Shown: positions 49,519 through 62,249 of the stretch, in pieces
Position numbering within the stretch: position 1 is the first letter of the stretch
How the letters are laid out: each line of letters opens with the position of its first letter
Assembly (NCBI GenBank): GCA_002269645.1
Contig: NIVC01001094.1
Coordinates: forward strand, 1 to 64,000
Source of the DNA: Macrostomum lignano
Taxonomy: Eukaryota
Direction of reading: 5' to 3'
Length of the DNA stretch: 64,000 nt
Position numbers and translations under genes: made by a program
Notes under the pieces: generated by a model
Told to the model about the DNA's origin: nothing
Seen by the model: the letters and a program-made list of their open reading frames with translations, nothing else
Database searches by the model: none

Positions 49519-49956
49519 ATGGGCGATTGCTACAACTGCGGCAAGCCGGGACATTTCTCGCGCGAGTGCCCCCAGGGAGGCGGCGGCGGCGGCGGTCGCG
49601 GTGGCCGCGGCGGCGGCGGTGGCGGTGGCGGCTCGTGCTACAACTGCGGCCAGCCCGGCCACTTGGCCAGGGACTGTCCTGATGGTGGCAGCCGCGATGG
49701 CGGCCGCGGCGGCGGTTTCGGTGGCGGCCGCGGCGGCGGCTTCGGAGGTGGCCGCGGCGGTGGCTTCGGAGGTGGCGGCTACGGCGGCGGCCGGGGTGGC
49801 GGCTTCGGTGGCGGTGGTGGCGGCGGCGGCAGTCGCTGCTACCGTTGCAACGAGGTCGGCCACATGGCGCGCGACTGCAGCCAGCCGCAGGCCGAGATGA
49901 CCTGCTACCGCTGCAACAAGCCCGGTCACATGGCCCGCGACTGCCAGGAGGCTTGA
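49519..49956 (+). CDS. CNBP-like CCHC zinc-knuckle/RGG nucleic-acid-binding protein, copy 1 (145 aa)
   Basis: Four CX2CX4HX4C knuckles separated by RGG/GGF tracts. AG acceptor near 49459. Confidence 0.93.
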   Translation: MGDCYNCGKPGHFSRECPQGGGGGGGRGGRGGGGGGGGSCYNCGQPGHLARDCPDGGSRDGGRGGGFGGGRGGGFGGGRGGGFGGGGYGGGRGGGFGGGGGGGGSRCYRCNEVGHMARDCSQPQAEMTCYRCNKPGHMARDCQEA

Positions 49957-50867
49957 TTGCCTGGCAATTGTTCGGATCTGAGTGGCAAATGTATCCCGTT
50001 TGTTTTGCCCGCTGCTCTGGCCGTGCGTTCTTTAACTATTTATGCAGTTCGTGTTTGTTGTTCCAAACCTTCTGGGCATTTAAATGTACCATGAAGTGTA
50101 ATTTATCCAACAGCAGTAGTCTCGTGTTGCTTTAGCCCTTCGAATTGAATCGTTTCGTAAAATGTTGAGCTGGAAAGTAGAATACTTCAATATGAATAGA
50201 ATGTTCCTAAATTGATCTGTCACCAGTCGCCACACAAGCATTAGTTGCGCGTAATATTAAAATAATACAAGATCAAAAGTTTCGTGCGAATACTTCGAGG
50301 GGTTATTGCTGTCTATCTATTTTTTGGCACCTGCGTGTGCAGTTACCGGTGGTCTCGACAATAGTATTTTTTGTCCTGTCCCGTTCGATCAGGTATCTAC
50401 TAATGCAAGTAGTAGAATCAGGTCGACTCTAGCTGCATTTACGGAAGGGTCAGTGCATTGATAATAAAATTGGAAAAATCAAGAAAAATTATAAAACCTG
50501 TTTGCATAAATTGTGCGTCGTTAGCCGTTATAATTTCTTTTATATTTGCCTAGATTAAGTAGTCACGGATGTTTAATAGCTCTACTTTTAAATTGGTCAG
50601 TTTTTATCCGCTTCATTCAATAGAAAAATAAAACTACAAAGGAATCAATCAGATTTTTTATAGAATTTAGCTGGCGAGTCTCTTCTATTGTATATTATTG
50701 TAGAATATTATAAAGCCAATTTATGTCAATAAAATGCATATTAATATTTCCTATCTTCCAGTGGTGTGTGAAGGCGTTGAGGCTAGCAGAGTGATAAGTG
50801 GTTGCTTCAGTTCTAAAAGAGTTTTCCATCTTTCGAGAGCTTCGTGCTAACATCTATTGACAATAAA

Positions 50868-51320
50868 ATGGGCGATTGCTACAACTGCGGCAAGCCGGGA
50901 CATTTCTCGCGCGAGTGCCCCCAGGGAGGCGGCGGCGGCGGCGGTCGCGGTGGCCGCGGCGGCGGCGGCGGCGGTGGCGGCTCGTGCTACAACTGCGGCC
51001 AGCCCGGCCACTTGGCCAGGGACTGTCCTGATGGTGGCAGCCGCGATGGCGGCTTCGGAGGCGGCCGCGGCGGCGGTTTCGGTGGCGGCCGCGGCGGCGG
51101 CGGCTTCGGAGGTGGCCGCGGCGGTGGCTTCGGAGGTGGCGGCTACGGCGGCGGCCGGGGTGGCGGCTTCGGTGGCGGTGGTGGCGGCGGCGGCAGTCGC
51201 TGCTACCGTTGCAACGAGGTCGGCCACATGGCGCGCGACTGCAGCCAGCCGCAGGCCGAGATGACCTGCTACCGCTGCAACAAGCCCGGTCACATGGCCC
51301 GCGACTGCCAGGAGGCTTAA
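50868..51320 (+). CDS. CNBP-like CCHC zinc-knuckle/RGG protein, copy 2 (150 aa)
   Basis: Near-identical to copy 1 except for the Gly-rich tract. AG acceptor near 50761. Confidence 0.93.
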   Translation: MGDCYNCGKPGHFSRECPQGGGGGGGRGGRGGGGGGGGSCYNCGQPGHLARDCPDGGSRDGGFGGGRGGGFGGGRGGGGFGGGRGGGFGGGGYGGGRGGGFGGGGGGGGSRCYRCNEVGHMARDCSQPQAEMTCYRCNKPGHMARDCQEA

Positions 51321-53165
51321 GCAACCTACCTATGCTGGCTAGATAAGACGCCTTCAGTTTGTATTGAGTCAAGCGGAGTCCGTCTAGTTTCTAAACTGGG
51401 TTTACGAGTACTTTATATATAATATTTGGTGTTAAGTTGTGTTCATATCTTTAGGGATAATCGGCTCATCGATTAACAACTTTGAGTAGGAATCGCGTGG
51501 TGTTCTATTCTCCTGTTAACAAGTCAGCATTCCGTACGAGCTAGAATACAATCGATAAGTTACGTGTGCAATGAAGGCGCATTGTACGCCTCAGAAAAGT
51601 GCAAAGAAATTTTCACGGTCAGTGGACGTAATGAAATTCTGCTTCTTTAAAAAAAAAAATAAAGCGACTTGTCTATGTTATTTTTAACACATTTAATGCT
51701 TCCACAGCCTAGCGTTCAGCCATCATTTCTGGCAAGACCCTAAACATCGGCAGTCGGAGCTGTAGTTACGTGCATCTGGCACTGAACAAGTGTACACGGG
51801 TGTACACTTCTCACAGGTTGTTGAGCAGCCCTATATGGTGATTTCTTGTGGTCCAACATGCACCGAAGTTGTGCACGGAATCGAATTCAAGAGAAGAATT
51901 GCCTGTACCTTCCAGGAACAAACTAGAACACTAGTAGTCAAGTGCGATACCTGATCTTGTCTTCCATCTTTGCCCTGCTAATGATATGCTTATCTCTTGA
52001 TCCTCTATACCTCAGCTTCCGGCCGGGCATGTTAAGCTTCATGATTACGAATTGTAGCGAGGAGTGCAGAGTCTGGCTGTAGCAGTTTCTCAGGCACAGC
52101 TGCCCTGATTCTAAACTGACGTTTGTTTTACGAGTCGTGCATCACTAGCTTTTGGTTGTTTAGCGAGGCACTAATGTACAATGCATGCATCTTAGCATGA
52201 TTAACTGCTCTCACCTTGCACTAAATGCCATGATTATATTGAGAATTGAGTGCGAATATGCAGGCTTGCAGTGAAGCCAACCTGACAAGTTTCCAGTTCA
52301 CTCAACTCTATTGTTTTCCTGCGCAGCGATACAAAAGCTCTGAATACATTATTCGTTGGAAATAGCTTAGTAAAGTGTACATTCTTTTCAGAATCGGTGT
52401 TGGCACCGCCAGCACTCATTTTGGTTCCCGCAGGCGCTATATTTTGTCGTCCCGAAGCAAAATTATTGATTTCCAAAACGGGTCACAAGGTTGGGTGGGT
52501 GACAAAGCGTTGGCATGGCCCCATAGCTTTTACTGGGGGGGGGGGGTGTGGCATGTCATTGTCACCCCGGTGTCAACGCGAGTCATCAGATCAGATGGCT
52601 ACACGGAGAGCTTTATATTACGTGATATGGAAGCATTCAGCAATTGGATTCACGTACTCATGTTGACCCTGATGCATGCTGCTGCTCATGGATCCTACAA
52701 TTCATTTCCTGCTGGTACTTGGAACTATAAACAAGAGCTAGAGATATCAATATTTCAAGTTCTACATGTAATTCACTTTGGTCTTTACACCTAGAGCGTA
52801 TTGCACAAGTTATGAACAAGCAGGACCGCTATTTTGTACTCGCCAACCCGTGTGATTTTCACTGCATGGATCGAGGCCCGAAGTTTTCGATACAAAACGC
52901 ATGCATTGCATGTACAAGTATAGCGAGATAGGAAACTTTTCTGTTCAGTTTAAGCGCCTGCCCTTACAGGTGATACAGATATATTTGTCAATGCTAAAAA
53001 TCTAAAAACCTGAGCTGGCAAATGTTTTATGATTTTCAAGTGTTGATAGATATCGTAGCACGAAACAAATTTCATGTATCCTCAGTTTGAACTTCTCATG
53101 GCTGTCACTTGTACTCGTATGAACGGCCATGCCAGGCATTGCAGAATGGCAAATGGTCAGCACGA

Positions 53166-55762
53166 TCACAGCTGGCTATCTTGCTGTAGAACCGGACTGT
53201 CGCCCGCTGTCCGCATCGGCGTCTGCAGCGACATCGGCCTGTGCTCTCCCCGGCGCGGGTCATCCCTGCTTGTCGGCTGGTCCGACAAGCGTCGGCACTG
53301 GCGGCAGCAGCACCGGGGCAACAGCAGGTCCCGCAGCTCGCAGCGCAGGCTCTCGTTGAAGAAGCCGTACAGCAGCGGGTTGGCGCACGCCGAGGCCAGC
53401 ACAGCCAGCAGGCAGAGGCTCTGAGCGGCGAGGGCGGAGAAGCCCAGATCCGCCTGGGCCACGCGGCCCTCGGCCTCGGAAAAGCTGACCTCATCATGCC
53501 GCAGGTCGATCTGCCAGTGCTTCACGTCGTGTAGCAAGTTGGAGAGGGACAGCGGCAGCCAGGACAGTCCAAACAGCAGGGCCACACCTCCCAGTAGGCA
53601 GTTGGCTCGGCGCCTGCGGCGGCTTTCCACCTGTTGGCGCATCTGTTGCAGCGGCGTCAGCGAGCAGGCGCAGCGGCTACTCGTCAGCCGACGGCTCAGG
53701 CGGCCGCGAATCCGAGCGAAGGCCTGCAGTAGAGCGACGAGTAACGCGGCGTACTGCAGGCACAGGCTGGCGCAGCTGTAGGCCACCTTCAGCAGCCGGT
53801 CTGCGGAGCTGCCGGCCCGCTCGGCGCAGATCTCGCGCCGGCCGCCGCTCAGCCAGGTGGCGTCATCGGCCAGTTCGGCGAACCAAAGCAGCGGGCTGGC
53901 GGCCACGGCCGCTGCCACCCAGATGGCCGGCAGGACGAGGCGGCTGCGCCGGCTGGCCGGCTGGCTGGGTCCGGGCTGCAGCACCACCTGCACCAGCCAA
54001 TGATTTGCTGCTCAATTTGAGCTTTGTGAACGCATGAGCTTACCTGACCATCAGGTACTGGCACTCTCCCTTCCCCATGACCATCGGGTACTGGCACTCT
54101 CCCTTCCCCATGACCATCGGGTACTGGCACTCCCCCTTCCCCCATGACTATCGGGTACTGGCACTCCCCCTTCCCCATGACCATCGGGTACTGGCACTCC
54201 CCCTTCCCCATGACCATCAGGTACTGGCACTCCCCCTTCCCCATGACCATCAGGTACTGGCACTCTCCCTTCCCCATGACCATCGGGTACTGGCACTCCC
54301 CCTTCCCCATGACCATCGGGTACTGGTACTCTCCCTTCCCCATGACCATCGGGTACTGGCACTCCCCCTTCCCCATGACCATCGGGTACTGGCACTCCCC
54401 CTTCCCAATGACCATCGGGTACTGGCACTCTCCCTTCCCCATGACCATCGGGTACTGGCACTCTCCCTTCCCCATGACCATCGGGTACTGGCACTCCCCC
54501 TTCCCCATGACCATCGGGTACTGACACTCTCCCTTCCCCATGACCATCGGGTACTGGCACTCCCCCTTCCCAATGACCATCGGGTACTGGCACTCTCCCT
54601 TCCCCATGACCATCGGGTACTGGCACTCCCCCTTCCCCATGACCATCGGGTACTGACACTCTCCCTTTCCCATGACCATCGGGTACTGGCACTCCCCCTT
54701 CCCCCATGACCATCGGGTACTGGCACTCTCCATTCCCCATGACCATCGGGTACTGGCACTCCCCCTTCCCCATGACCATCAGGTACTGGCACTCCCCCTT
54801 CCCCATGACCATCAGGTACTGGCACTCCCCCTTCCCCCATGACTATCGGGTACTGGCACTCCCCCTTCCCCATGACCATCGGGTACTGACACTCTCCCTT
54901 TCCCATAACCATCGGGTACTGGCACTCCCCCTTCCCCCATGACTATCGGGTACTGGCACTCCCCCTTCCCCATGACAATCGGGTACTGGCACTCTCCCTT
55001 CCCCATGACCATCGGGTACTGGCACTCCCCCTTCCCCATGACCATCAGGTACTGTTACTCCCCCTTCCCCATGACCATCAGGTACTGGCACTCTCCCTTC
55101 CCCATGACCATCGGGTACTGGCACTCCCCCTTCCCCCATGACTATCGGGTACTGGCACTCCCCCTTCCCCCATGACCATGGGGTACTGACACTCTCCCTT
55201 TCCCATGACCATCGGGTACTGGCACTCCCCCTTCCCCCATGACCATCGGGAATGGCACTGGCACCAAGCTCACCTGGCACCTGTCCACAGCTATGGCTGC
55301 CACAGAGAAGGTGGACGCGAACAGGTTGAGCCCGGTGAGGCCGTTAACCAATTTGCACAATGCCAGGCCGCTCTCCCAGCCCAGCTCGGGAAACAGCAGG
55401 CGCCGAATGTTGCACGGCTGGGTCAGGGAGCACAGGACAAAGTCGGACACGGCCAGGTTCAGCACCAGCAGGTTGGTCATGGTTCGCATGCCCGGCCGGC
55501 GCCACACCGCCAGCACCAGTAGGGCATTGCCAGACGCTCCAAACGCCATGAGGCAGAGGAACGTAGCCAGCAGGGGCAGTCTCAGCTGGTGCAGCTCCTG
55601 CAGCCGCTCCCGCTCCGCCTGCCCGATCACCTGCTTGACAAAGCCGGTCTGGTTGCGGCACAGGTAGAACTGGAGCAGCGGCTGCACGTCAAACAGGCGG
55701 TTCTGCTGCAGGTGGTGCAGGCAGGCCGCGGCGCTCGAGTTCGGACTGCCTGAGGGCTCCAT
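53166..55762 (-). CDS. Class A GPCR, neuropeptide Y/F receptor-like (about 436 aa, 2 exons)
   Basis: Exons 55762-55274 and 53987-53166. TM1 GN; MRTMTNLLVLNLAVSDFVLC; W..G..LCKL; AVDRC; FGLSWLPL; SACANPLLYGFFNESLR. Confidence 0.88.
54045..55252. repeat. 33-bp minisatellite filling the GPCR intron
   Basis: Unit TGACCATCGGGTACTGGCACTCCCCCTTCCCCA. Confidence 0.95.
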
Positions 55763-56704
55763 TCTTACAGGAGATGGTTGTTGGATCTGCGTGTGAGGCT
55801 GGGCAAATTCGATTCCGAGTATCCAACAAGATTTACGATCGGATTATCCGACTTCAATCGCGCTCTTCCGTCTGCTTTAATTATTCCTAACCTGTGAATC
55901 CCTGGGGAGCGGTGCTCATTGAACTCGATTCGAGAAGATTATTTCCTTGAGCCCGTGAGATGCCGGATGTTCTATTTGATGAGGAGCTGTGTATTAGAAC
56001 AGAACAGAACAGAACAGAAATTTGAATATTTCTTTCAATACCTACCTGAGCTGAAGGCGGGTTTAATATTTTCTCAATTCGACAACATAATTTAATATGG
56101 TTCCTGCCGAGGGTTTCGCGCTCTTCTAGCTCCGCTGAGGATGGAGGAGAGAAGAGATGGGAGGGGAGAGGAGAGAGGAGACAGGAGAGAGGAGAGGAGA
56201 TCGAGAGGAGAAGAGAGAGGGGATCTCTTCAATTCACGCCGTCTCGATCAGCCCTAGACAGGACGGGACAGGAACTGCTCACCAATCCATCATCTACATG
56301 TAATTACGCTCAGACTTCTCAAACTTTCTCTAGAATGGAATTGTTTCTGGAGCGCAAGAACTACTCAGTTAATTAAGCGCAAGACCTGTCAGAGTCTAAT
56401 TTCCTGACCTGGACAAAGTAACCTGACTATCAGCGGCGAAATCTGATTAAACCGCGGACTTGCCGCCTGGCGGCCCAGGTGAAGGGTTTCTGCCTGGCAA
56501 GCAGAATCAGTCAGCCAGTCCGTCCAGTTTCATCCTAAACTAGCTTCCTTTACACACTTCCCCTCACGCTTCAAAGCAAACTGGGCATAGCCGAGGGGAA
56601 GCGCCTCGCCTTTCAGTGGCGAAAACAAGATTGCTACTGGGACTGCTCCTGAGACTAAGGTACTGATCTAAGATGCATCAACCTCGAGGTTATCTGCAGC
56701 ATCA

Positions 56705-56882
56705 GGTGTCAGTCTCAAGGTGTCAGTCTCAAGGTGTCAGTCTCAAGGTGTCAGTCTCAAGGTGTCAGTCTCAATGTGTCAGTCTCAAGATTTCAGTCTC
56801 AAGATGTCAGTCTCAAGGTGTCAGTCTCAAGGTGTCAGTCTCAAGGTGTCAGTCTCAAGCTGTCAGTCTCAAGCTGTCAGTC
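56705..56882. repeat. 14-bp minisatellite (GTGTCAGTCTCAAG)
   Basis: Direct reading. Confidence 0.9.
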
Positions 56883-57334
56883 TGAATTAGGGCATTCGGC
56901 ACTAATCCGGGAAACTTACTTGATAGAATTGTTTGCAGAAAAAGTTCAGCTCTTCTCTGGCTCAGTTTAGAGCGGACAGTTGCTTCGGAACGTTTTTTTC
57001 TGACGAATTCGTTAGCGATGAGTTGTTGATTCGGGATAGATGGATGATGCTCATAAATGCTACTGCAGAGTACTCGTTTGACTCTGCAGCCAAGTCCCAT
57101 CTGCATCCTCATTGGCTACCAGCTGAGCAGCTGCTCAGAATTCGGCGAATTATGGGGTTTGCTTGGGGGATATTTTGCTTGCTGAATTTTAGCTTGTCAG
57201 ATTTGGCTTTCATAAGTTTTTTTTTAATTTTACAGTTTCCTTAGCCGTTTGCTGTCAGTTTAGTGCAGTCTCTGAAACATTGCTGACGGATTCTCTACCG
57301 CTAGCGTTGAACTATTGTACGCTAGACTTAGCAA

Positions 57335-57765
57335 CAAAAATTAGAAACAACAAAAATTAGAAACAACAAAAACAAGAAACAACAACAAGAAACAACAGAG
57401 AAATAAAACAAAAAACAAAAACAAGAAACAAAAAATAAGAAACACCAACAACCATAAACAACTGCAACAACAACAACAAGAAACAGGAAAAATAAGAAAC
57501 ATCAACAACAACAAGAAACAACAAAGAAATAAAAAAACAAAAAGAAGAAACAACTAAAACAAAAAACAAATAACACCAACAACCATAAACAACAGCAACA
57601 ACAACAACAAACAACAACAACAAAGAACAACAACAAACAACAAAGAAAAAAAACAACAGAAATAAGAAAAAACAAAAACAAAAAACAACAACAACAACAG
57701 CAACAACAACAAGAAACAACAAAAAAGAGAAACACCAACAACAATAAACAACAGTAACAGCAACA
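57335..57765. repeat. CAA/A-rich low-complexity tract
   Basis: Direct reading. Confidence 0.9.
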
Positions 57766-58254
57766 ACACCCTCTACGGGGAACCTGGAGCCTTGGCTCCA
57801 GCTCCTACCCGACAATCCGTCCTGGGAGGCGTCCATCCTGGACGTCGAAGAGCGCCAGAACCTCGGACACCAAGTGTTCCATCGGCTAGGAGATATGGCG
57901 GCGAGCAGCCACCCGAGGAATCTCTCTTGACCTGGCCGATGGTCACTTGGTGGCGACGACTCCTCGCTGCCCTCTACTGGGTCCCGGCCTAAGGTTGTCG
58001 CTCTCCGCAGCCAACAAGAACGACAACAATAACAGCAACAAAACCACAATAAGCAACCCTGAAAAGTCAGGCAGTCAGAGAGACGCAGGGTTGAGGCAGG
58101 CAAGGTCAGATATCACGCCGAAGACCGCTCCCCCCCCCCAGCGGTGTCCCTACGGCGTCTCCAGCAGGCAGTCACGTATCGATGGGTTTGCACCTGACCC
58201 CGTCTGAGTGGGCCGCCCTAATTTGACTAATGCCTCACAAGTACATAGGAATCA

Positions 58255-59333
58255 TTTGGTTCAGGATCATTGGGTTCAGGATCATTTGGTTAATTCAGGA
58301 TCATTGGGTTCAGGATCATTGGGTTCAGGATCATTGGGTTCAAGATCATTGGGTTCAAGATCATTGGGTTCAAGATCATTGGGTTCAGGATCATTGGGTT
58401 CAGGATCATTGGGTTCAGGATCATTGGGTTCAGGATCATTGGGTTCAGGATCATTGGGTTCAGGATCATTGGGTTCAGGATCATTGGGTTCAGGATCATT
58501 GGGTTCAGGATCATTGGGTTCAGGATCATTGGGTTCAGGATCATTGGGTTCAGGATCATTGGGTTCAGGATCATTGGGTTCAAGATCATTGGGTTCAGGA
58601 TCATTGGGTTCAGGGTCATTGGGTTCAGGATCATTGGGTTCAGGATCATTGGGTTCAGGATCATTGGGTTCAGGATCATTGGGTTCAGGATCATTGGGTT
58701 CAGGATCATTGGGTTCAGGATCATTGGGTTCAGGATCATTGGGTTCAGGATCATTGGGTTCAGGATCATTGGGTTCAGGATCATTGGGTTCAGGATCATT
58801 GGGTTCAGGATCATTGGGTTCAGGATCATTGGGTTCAGGATCATTGGGTTCAGGATCATTGGGTTCAGGATCATTGGGTTCAGGATCATTGGGTTCAGGA
58901 TCATTGGGTTCAGGATCATTGGGTTCAGGATCATTGGGTTCAGGATCATTGGGTTCAGGATCATTGGGTTCAGGATCATTGGGTTCAGGATCATTGGGTT
59001 CAGGATCATTGGGTTCAGGATCATTGGGTTCAGGATCATTGGGTTCAGGATCATTGGGTTCAGGATCATTGGGTTCAGGATCATTGGGTTCAGGATCATT
59101 GGGTTCAGGATCATTGGGTTCAGGATCATTGGGTTCAGGATCATTGGGTTCAGGATCATTGGGTTCAGGATCATTGGGTTCAGGATCATTGGGTTCAGGA
59201 TCATTGGGTTCAGGATCATTGGGTTCAGGATCATTGGGTTCAGGATCATTGGGTTCAGAATCATTGGGTTCAGGATCATTGGGTTCAGGATCATTGGGTT
59301 CAGGATCATTGGGTTCAGGATCATTGGGTTCAG
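58255..59333. repeat. 15-bp minisatellite (GGATCATTGGGTTCA), about 70 copies
   Basis: Direct reading. It explains the GSL, QDHWV and MILNP ORFs. Confidence 0.97.
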
Positions 59334-61165
59334 AGCTGCAGGAGGTGTAGTTAAAATCAAATGAGTGCTTCCTCTAAAAGAACAAAAACTGCCTTTGGTT
59401 GCTGATTGCTCTGGTATTTCTGTCCGTTGAATTAGCTGCCGAAATTCTGAGCACATCCCTGCGCAACTTAACAATGTGCGTGCACGGATTCGAAAATTAA
59501 TTTGCTTCAGAACGTCATCAAGCTAATAAATCATGAATGTCAGATGATAGGCTTACAGTATAGGAGTAAATTTGACTGATACACCCACGAAAACCCATTG
59601 CGTTCAAAGAACCCTAACCTAGAATCACTAGAGCCATCTCCATAAGGCTTTGGCGATTCAGTCAACCATGTTTATCCAATTTCAAGTAGCTTTAAAATTA
59701 ATTTCATCACTTTTTCTTTTAGCTATAAATTACTTGTTTAAAAAAAGCATCATTTGTTTCTACTTAAAGTAGGCTTTAGGTGCACAAAAGCTCCGCTGAA
59801 GGCCAGTTGGGCTAAACTTAGAAGGTAAACACGCGGCAGACGTGTGACTGTTGTTTTTGTGGGTCATTTTAGAAGTTTGACTGCCGCGACGACAGCTGCA
59901 TATGGTAAGCGTAGCGTTTCGGATGATAAATTATGTATTTGGAAATACGCTTGTAGTGTCTTCTGCATGCACCACTGCTGCTAACTCAAAGCGTTATGGT
60001 ATGCTGGATCACGTAGTCTACCAATGGGGTCCAGCAGTTCGCTGTCACGCGTGCACTATTAAACATTTGGCCGAGTGTCGCTCTCGGAGACCTGCAAGGA
60101 GTGCAGTTCTTATCGGTTAGCAGCGGGCTGTCTATTTTTGTCTGCCTCTGCCTGCTAGAAGGCAGTCACGCGGGCGGCTCGTGATGCCCTCCCTCCCCTC
60201 CCCGCCCCTCTCACGTGAGTTCGACGTGCTGTTGCGTGAGAATCCAGAGCAGCCGTTGCAGTGGGACAGGGCTGAACTGCTCCAGCTTCAGTTCAGTGCA
60301 GTCAATATGGATTTTAAAAATATTGTCTTAGAAATTCTGCCTAATCGAAGACTTTTCTCTTTCTCGGAAAATTTTAAACGCTTTATTGCAAGCGGAGGCT
60401 GGTCGTGCACGGGAGATCCAGAGACGGAGAAGAGGGCGATGATGGAGCTGAGGAAGACAGAGTGTGAGCAGCTTTGCAGAGGTAGCTTTCAGGTGTCTGA
60501 CACAGGGGTTTTCTTGTATTCATGCATATGCATGCAGTGTCAAGTTTTGAAAGAACTAATTAAGATCCAGAAAATTTACTGCATTGGTAGGAAGGCTATA
60601 CACAAATAAGTTTAAATTATCAAACACCTGACAATTATGTATTTCTTGATTGAAATGTTCAGATGATAAAGTTATGCATATATAAATAAATCTAATATTT
60701 TTTAAATTTTTAATAACGAGTGATATACCAACGTTATATTGATATATATGATGGGTGTGGACAGAGCACAAGATTACAATTAGTGTTGATTAATTCGTTG
60801 CTAAATATCTAAACAGTATATTTACTGTACAGAAAAATAGTGAAGTGGACAGAAGCGAGGACAAATGCATAGGACAGACAAGTGTGCGAACACTGATTTA
60901 CAATGCCAGTCCGACACCACTGGCATTCTGTCTTTTCTATATATAGATATAGCTCTATCTGTTAGATCAGGGTACACTGATTTGCATTTCAAATATTGAA
61001 CCAGAAATTGCAAGGACGTATGCAGCAACAGGTACACAAAAATAAGATCAGTCTTTGTTCTTTTACATACGTAAATATGCTATATAGTGTTTAACACTGG
61101 GCGAGTTAAAGTTAACACAACCAAGAGCACACAGCGCAATGGATGCGGAAAGCGTGCTTGTAAAC

Positions 61166-62239
61166 TTAGTTGGACGATTCGCTGACTGGCCTACTATTAG
61201 TAGGCGAGTTGGCAGATCGAGAGTCGTGGCGTCGCTCGTGCTTAGCCAGATGGTCGCTCCGGCTGAACTGGCGGTCGCATCGGGCGCAGCGGAATCGCCG
61301 TTCGCCAGTGTGGCCGCGCCGGTGTCGGGACAGCTCATCAGAGCGGGCGAACTCGCGCCCGCAGCCCGGCCAGTCGCAGTGATAAGGTTTCTCGCCCGTG
61401 TGGCACCGGTAGTGAGCCTTCAGGTGCGAGCTCTTATAATAGGACTTGCCGCAGCCAGGGTAACTGCATGCGTGAGCTTTGCCGCGCGCGCCGAGGGCTG
61501 GCGACCCGGGTGCGGCTGCCGAACCCGGTTGCAGCTGCTGCTTGCCGCTAGCAGGCGGTAATTGCTGCTTCTGCTGCTGCTGTTGCTGCTCCTGCTTCTG
61601 GCGAGAAGGCGCCGCCGCCGAATGCAGCAGCACAACCTGCACGGGAGTGTTCAGCGGCTTCTGCAGCGCCCGGATCGGAATTAGCAGGGCCTGCACCGGG
61701 CCCAGCTGGTCAGCCTCCGATGATGACGCATCGGCCTGCTCGCCGCTCCACTGCAGCTGGCGCCTGGCCACCTTGGCAGCCGGCGCACCAGCGTCAGTTG
61801 ACTCGTCGATCAGGTCCGCGGAGCCCAGACTCGGACAGTCGCTGCTGGCCGGCGAGCTGGCCTGCTGACGCTTTTGGTCGAACAGCAGCTCAGATAGAAG
61901 TGACCTACTATTCGACACTGATCCATTCTGCTGCGGCTGCTGCTGCGCTGGTGGAGGCGGCAGCGGCGGTGATGGCGGGGACGCAGCCTTGGCGGCAATC
62001 GGAGTCTTAGCTGGCCTGTCTTGAATGAGCGACATCGTGGCTGCCAGGCGTCGCCGGTTGTCGGACTCCGTGTCAGGCTTGGCCTGCTCCGGCCGGCTGG
62101 CCACTCGATGCAGTTTAAACTTTAACCGACGACACAGCTCGTTATCATAAGCAGCCTCAACGGCGGCTTGCGACGCTTCGCATTCGGTTTCCATGGGTTG
62201 GGCCAGCGACAGTAGAGTCCTAGCGCAGTCCAGTTCCAT
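61166..62239 (-). CDS. Kruppel-like factor, KLF10/11 (TIEG/cabut)-like, intronless, 357 aa
   Basis: Three C-terminal C2H2 fingers ([43 protein letters not shown]). N-terminal Sin3-interaction-like helix [11 protein letters not shown]. Start context aaaacaATGg. Confidence 0.92.
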   Translation of the reverse strand: MELDCARTLLSLAQPMETECEASQAAVEAAYDNELCRRLKFKLHRVASRPEQAKPDTESDNRRRLAATMSLIQDRPAKTPIAAKAASPPSPPLPPPPAQQQPQQNGSVSNSRSLLSELLFDQKRQQASSPASSDCPSLGSADLIDESTDAGAPAAKVARRQLQWSGEQADASSSEADQLGPVQALLIPIRALQKPLNTPVQVVLLHSAAAPSRQKQEQQQQQQKQQLPPASGKQQLQPGSAAAPGSPALGARGKAHACSYPGCGKSYYKSSHLKAHYRCHTGEKPYHCDWPGCGREFARSDELSRHRRGHTGERRFRCARCDRQFSRSDHLAKHERRHDSRSANSPTNSRPVSESSN

Positions 62240-62249
62240 TGTTTTGTAC

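Noticed and set aside
49513-51372. Ala-rich antisense and alternate-frame ORFs over the CNBP genes, with similar shadows over MOCS1, the GPCR and KLF
   Set aside because: They are by-products of GC-rich codon usage in the real genes.
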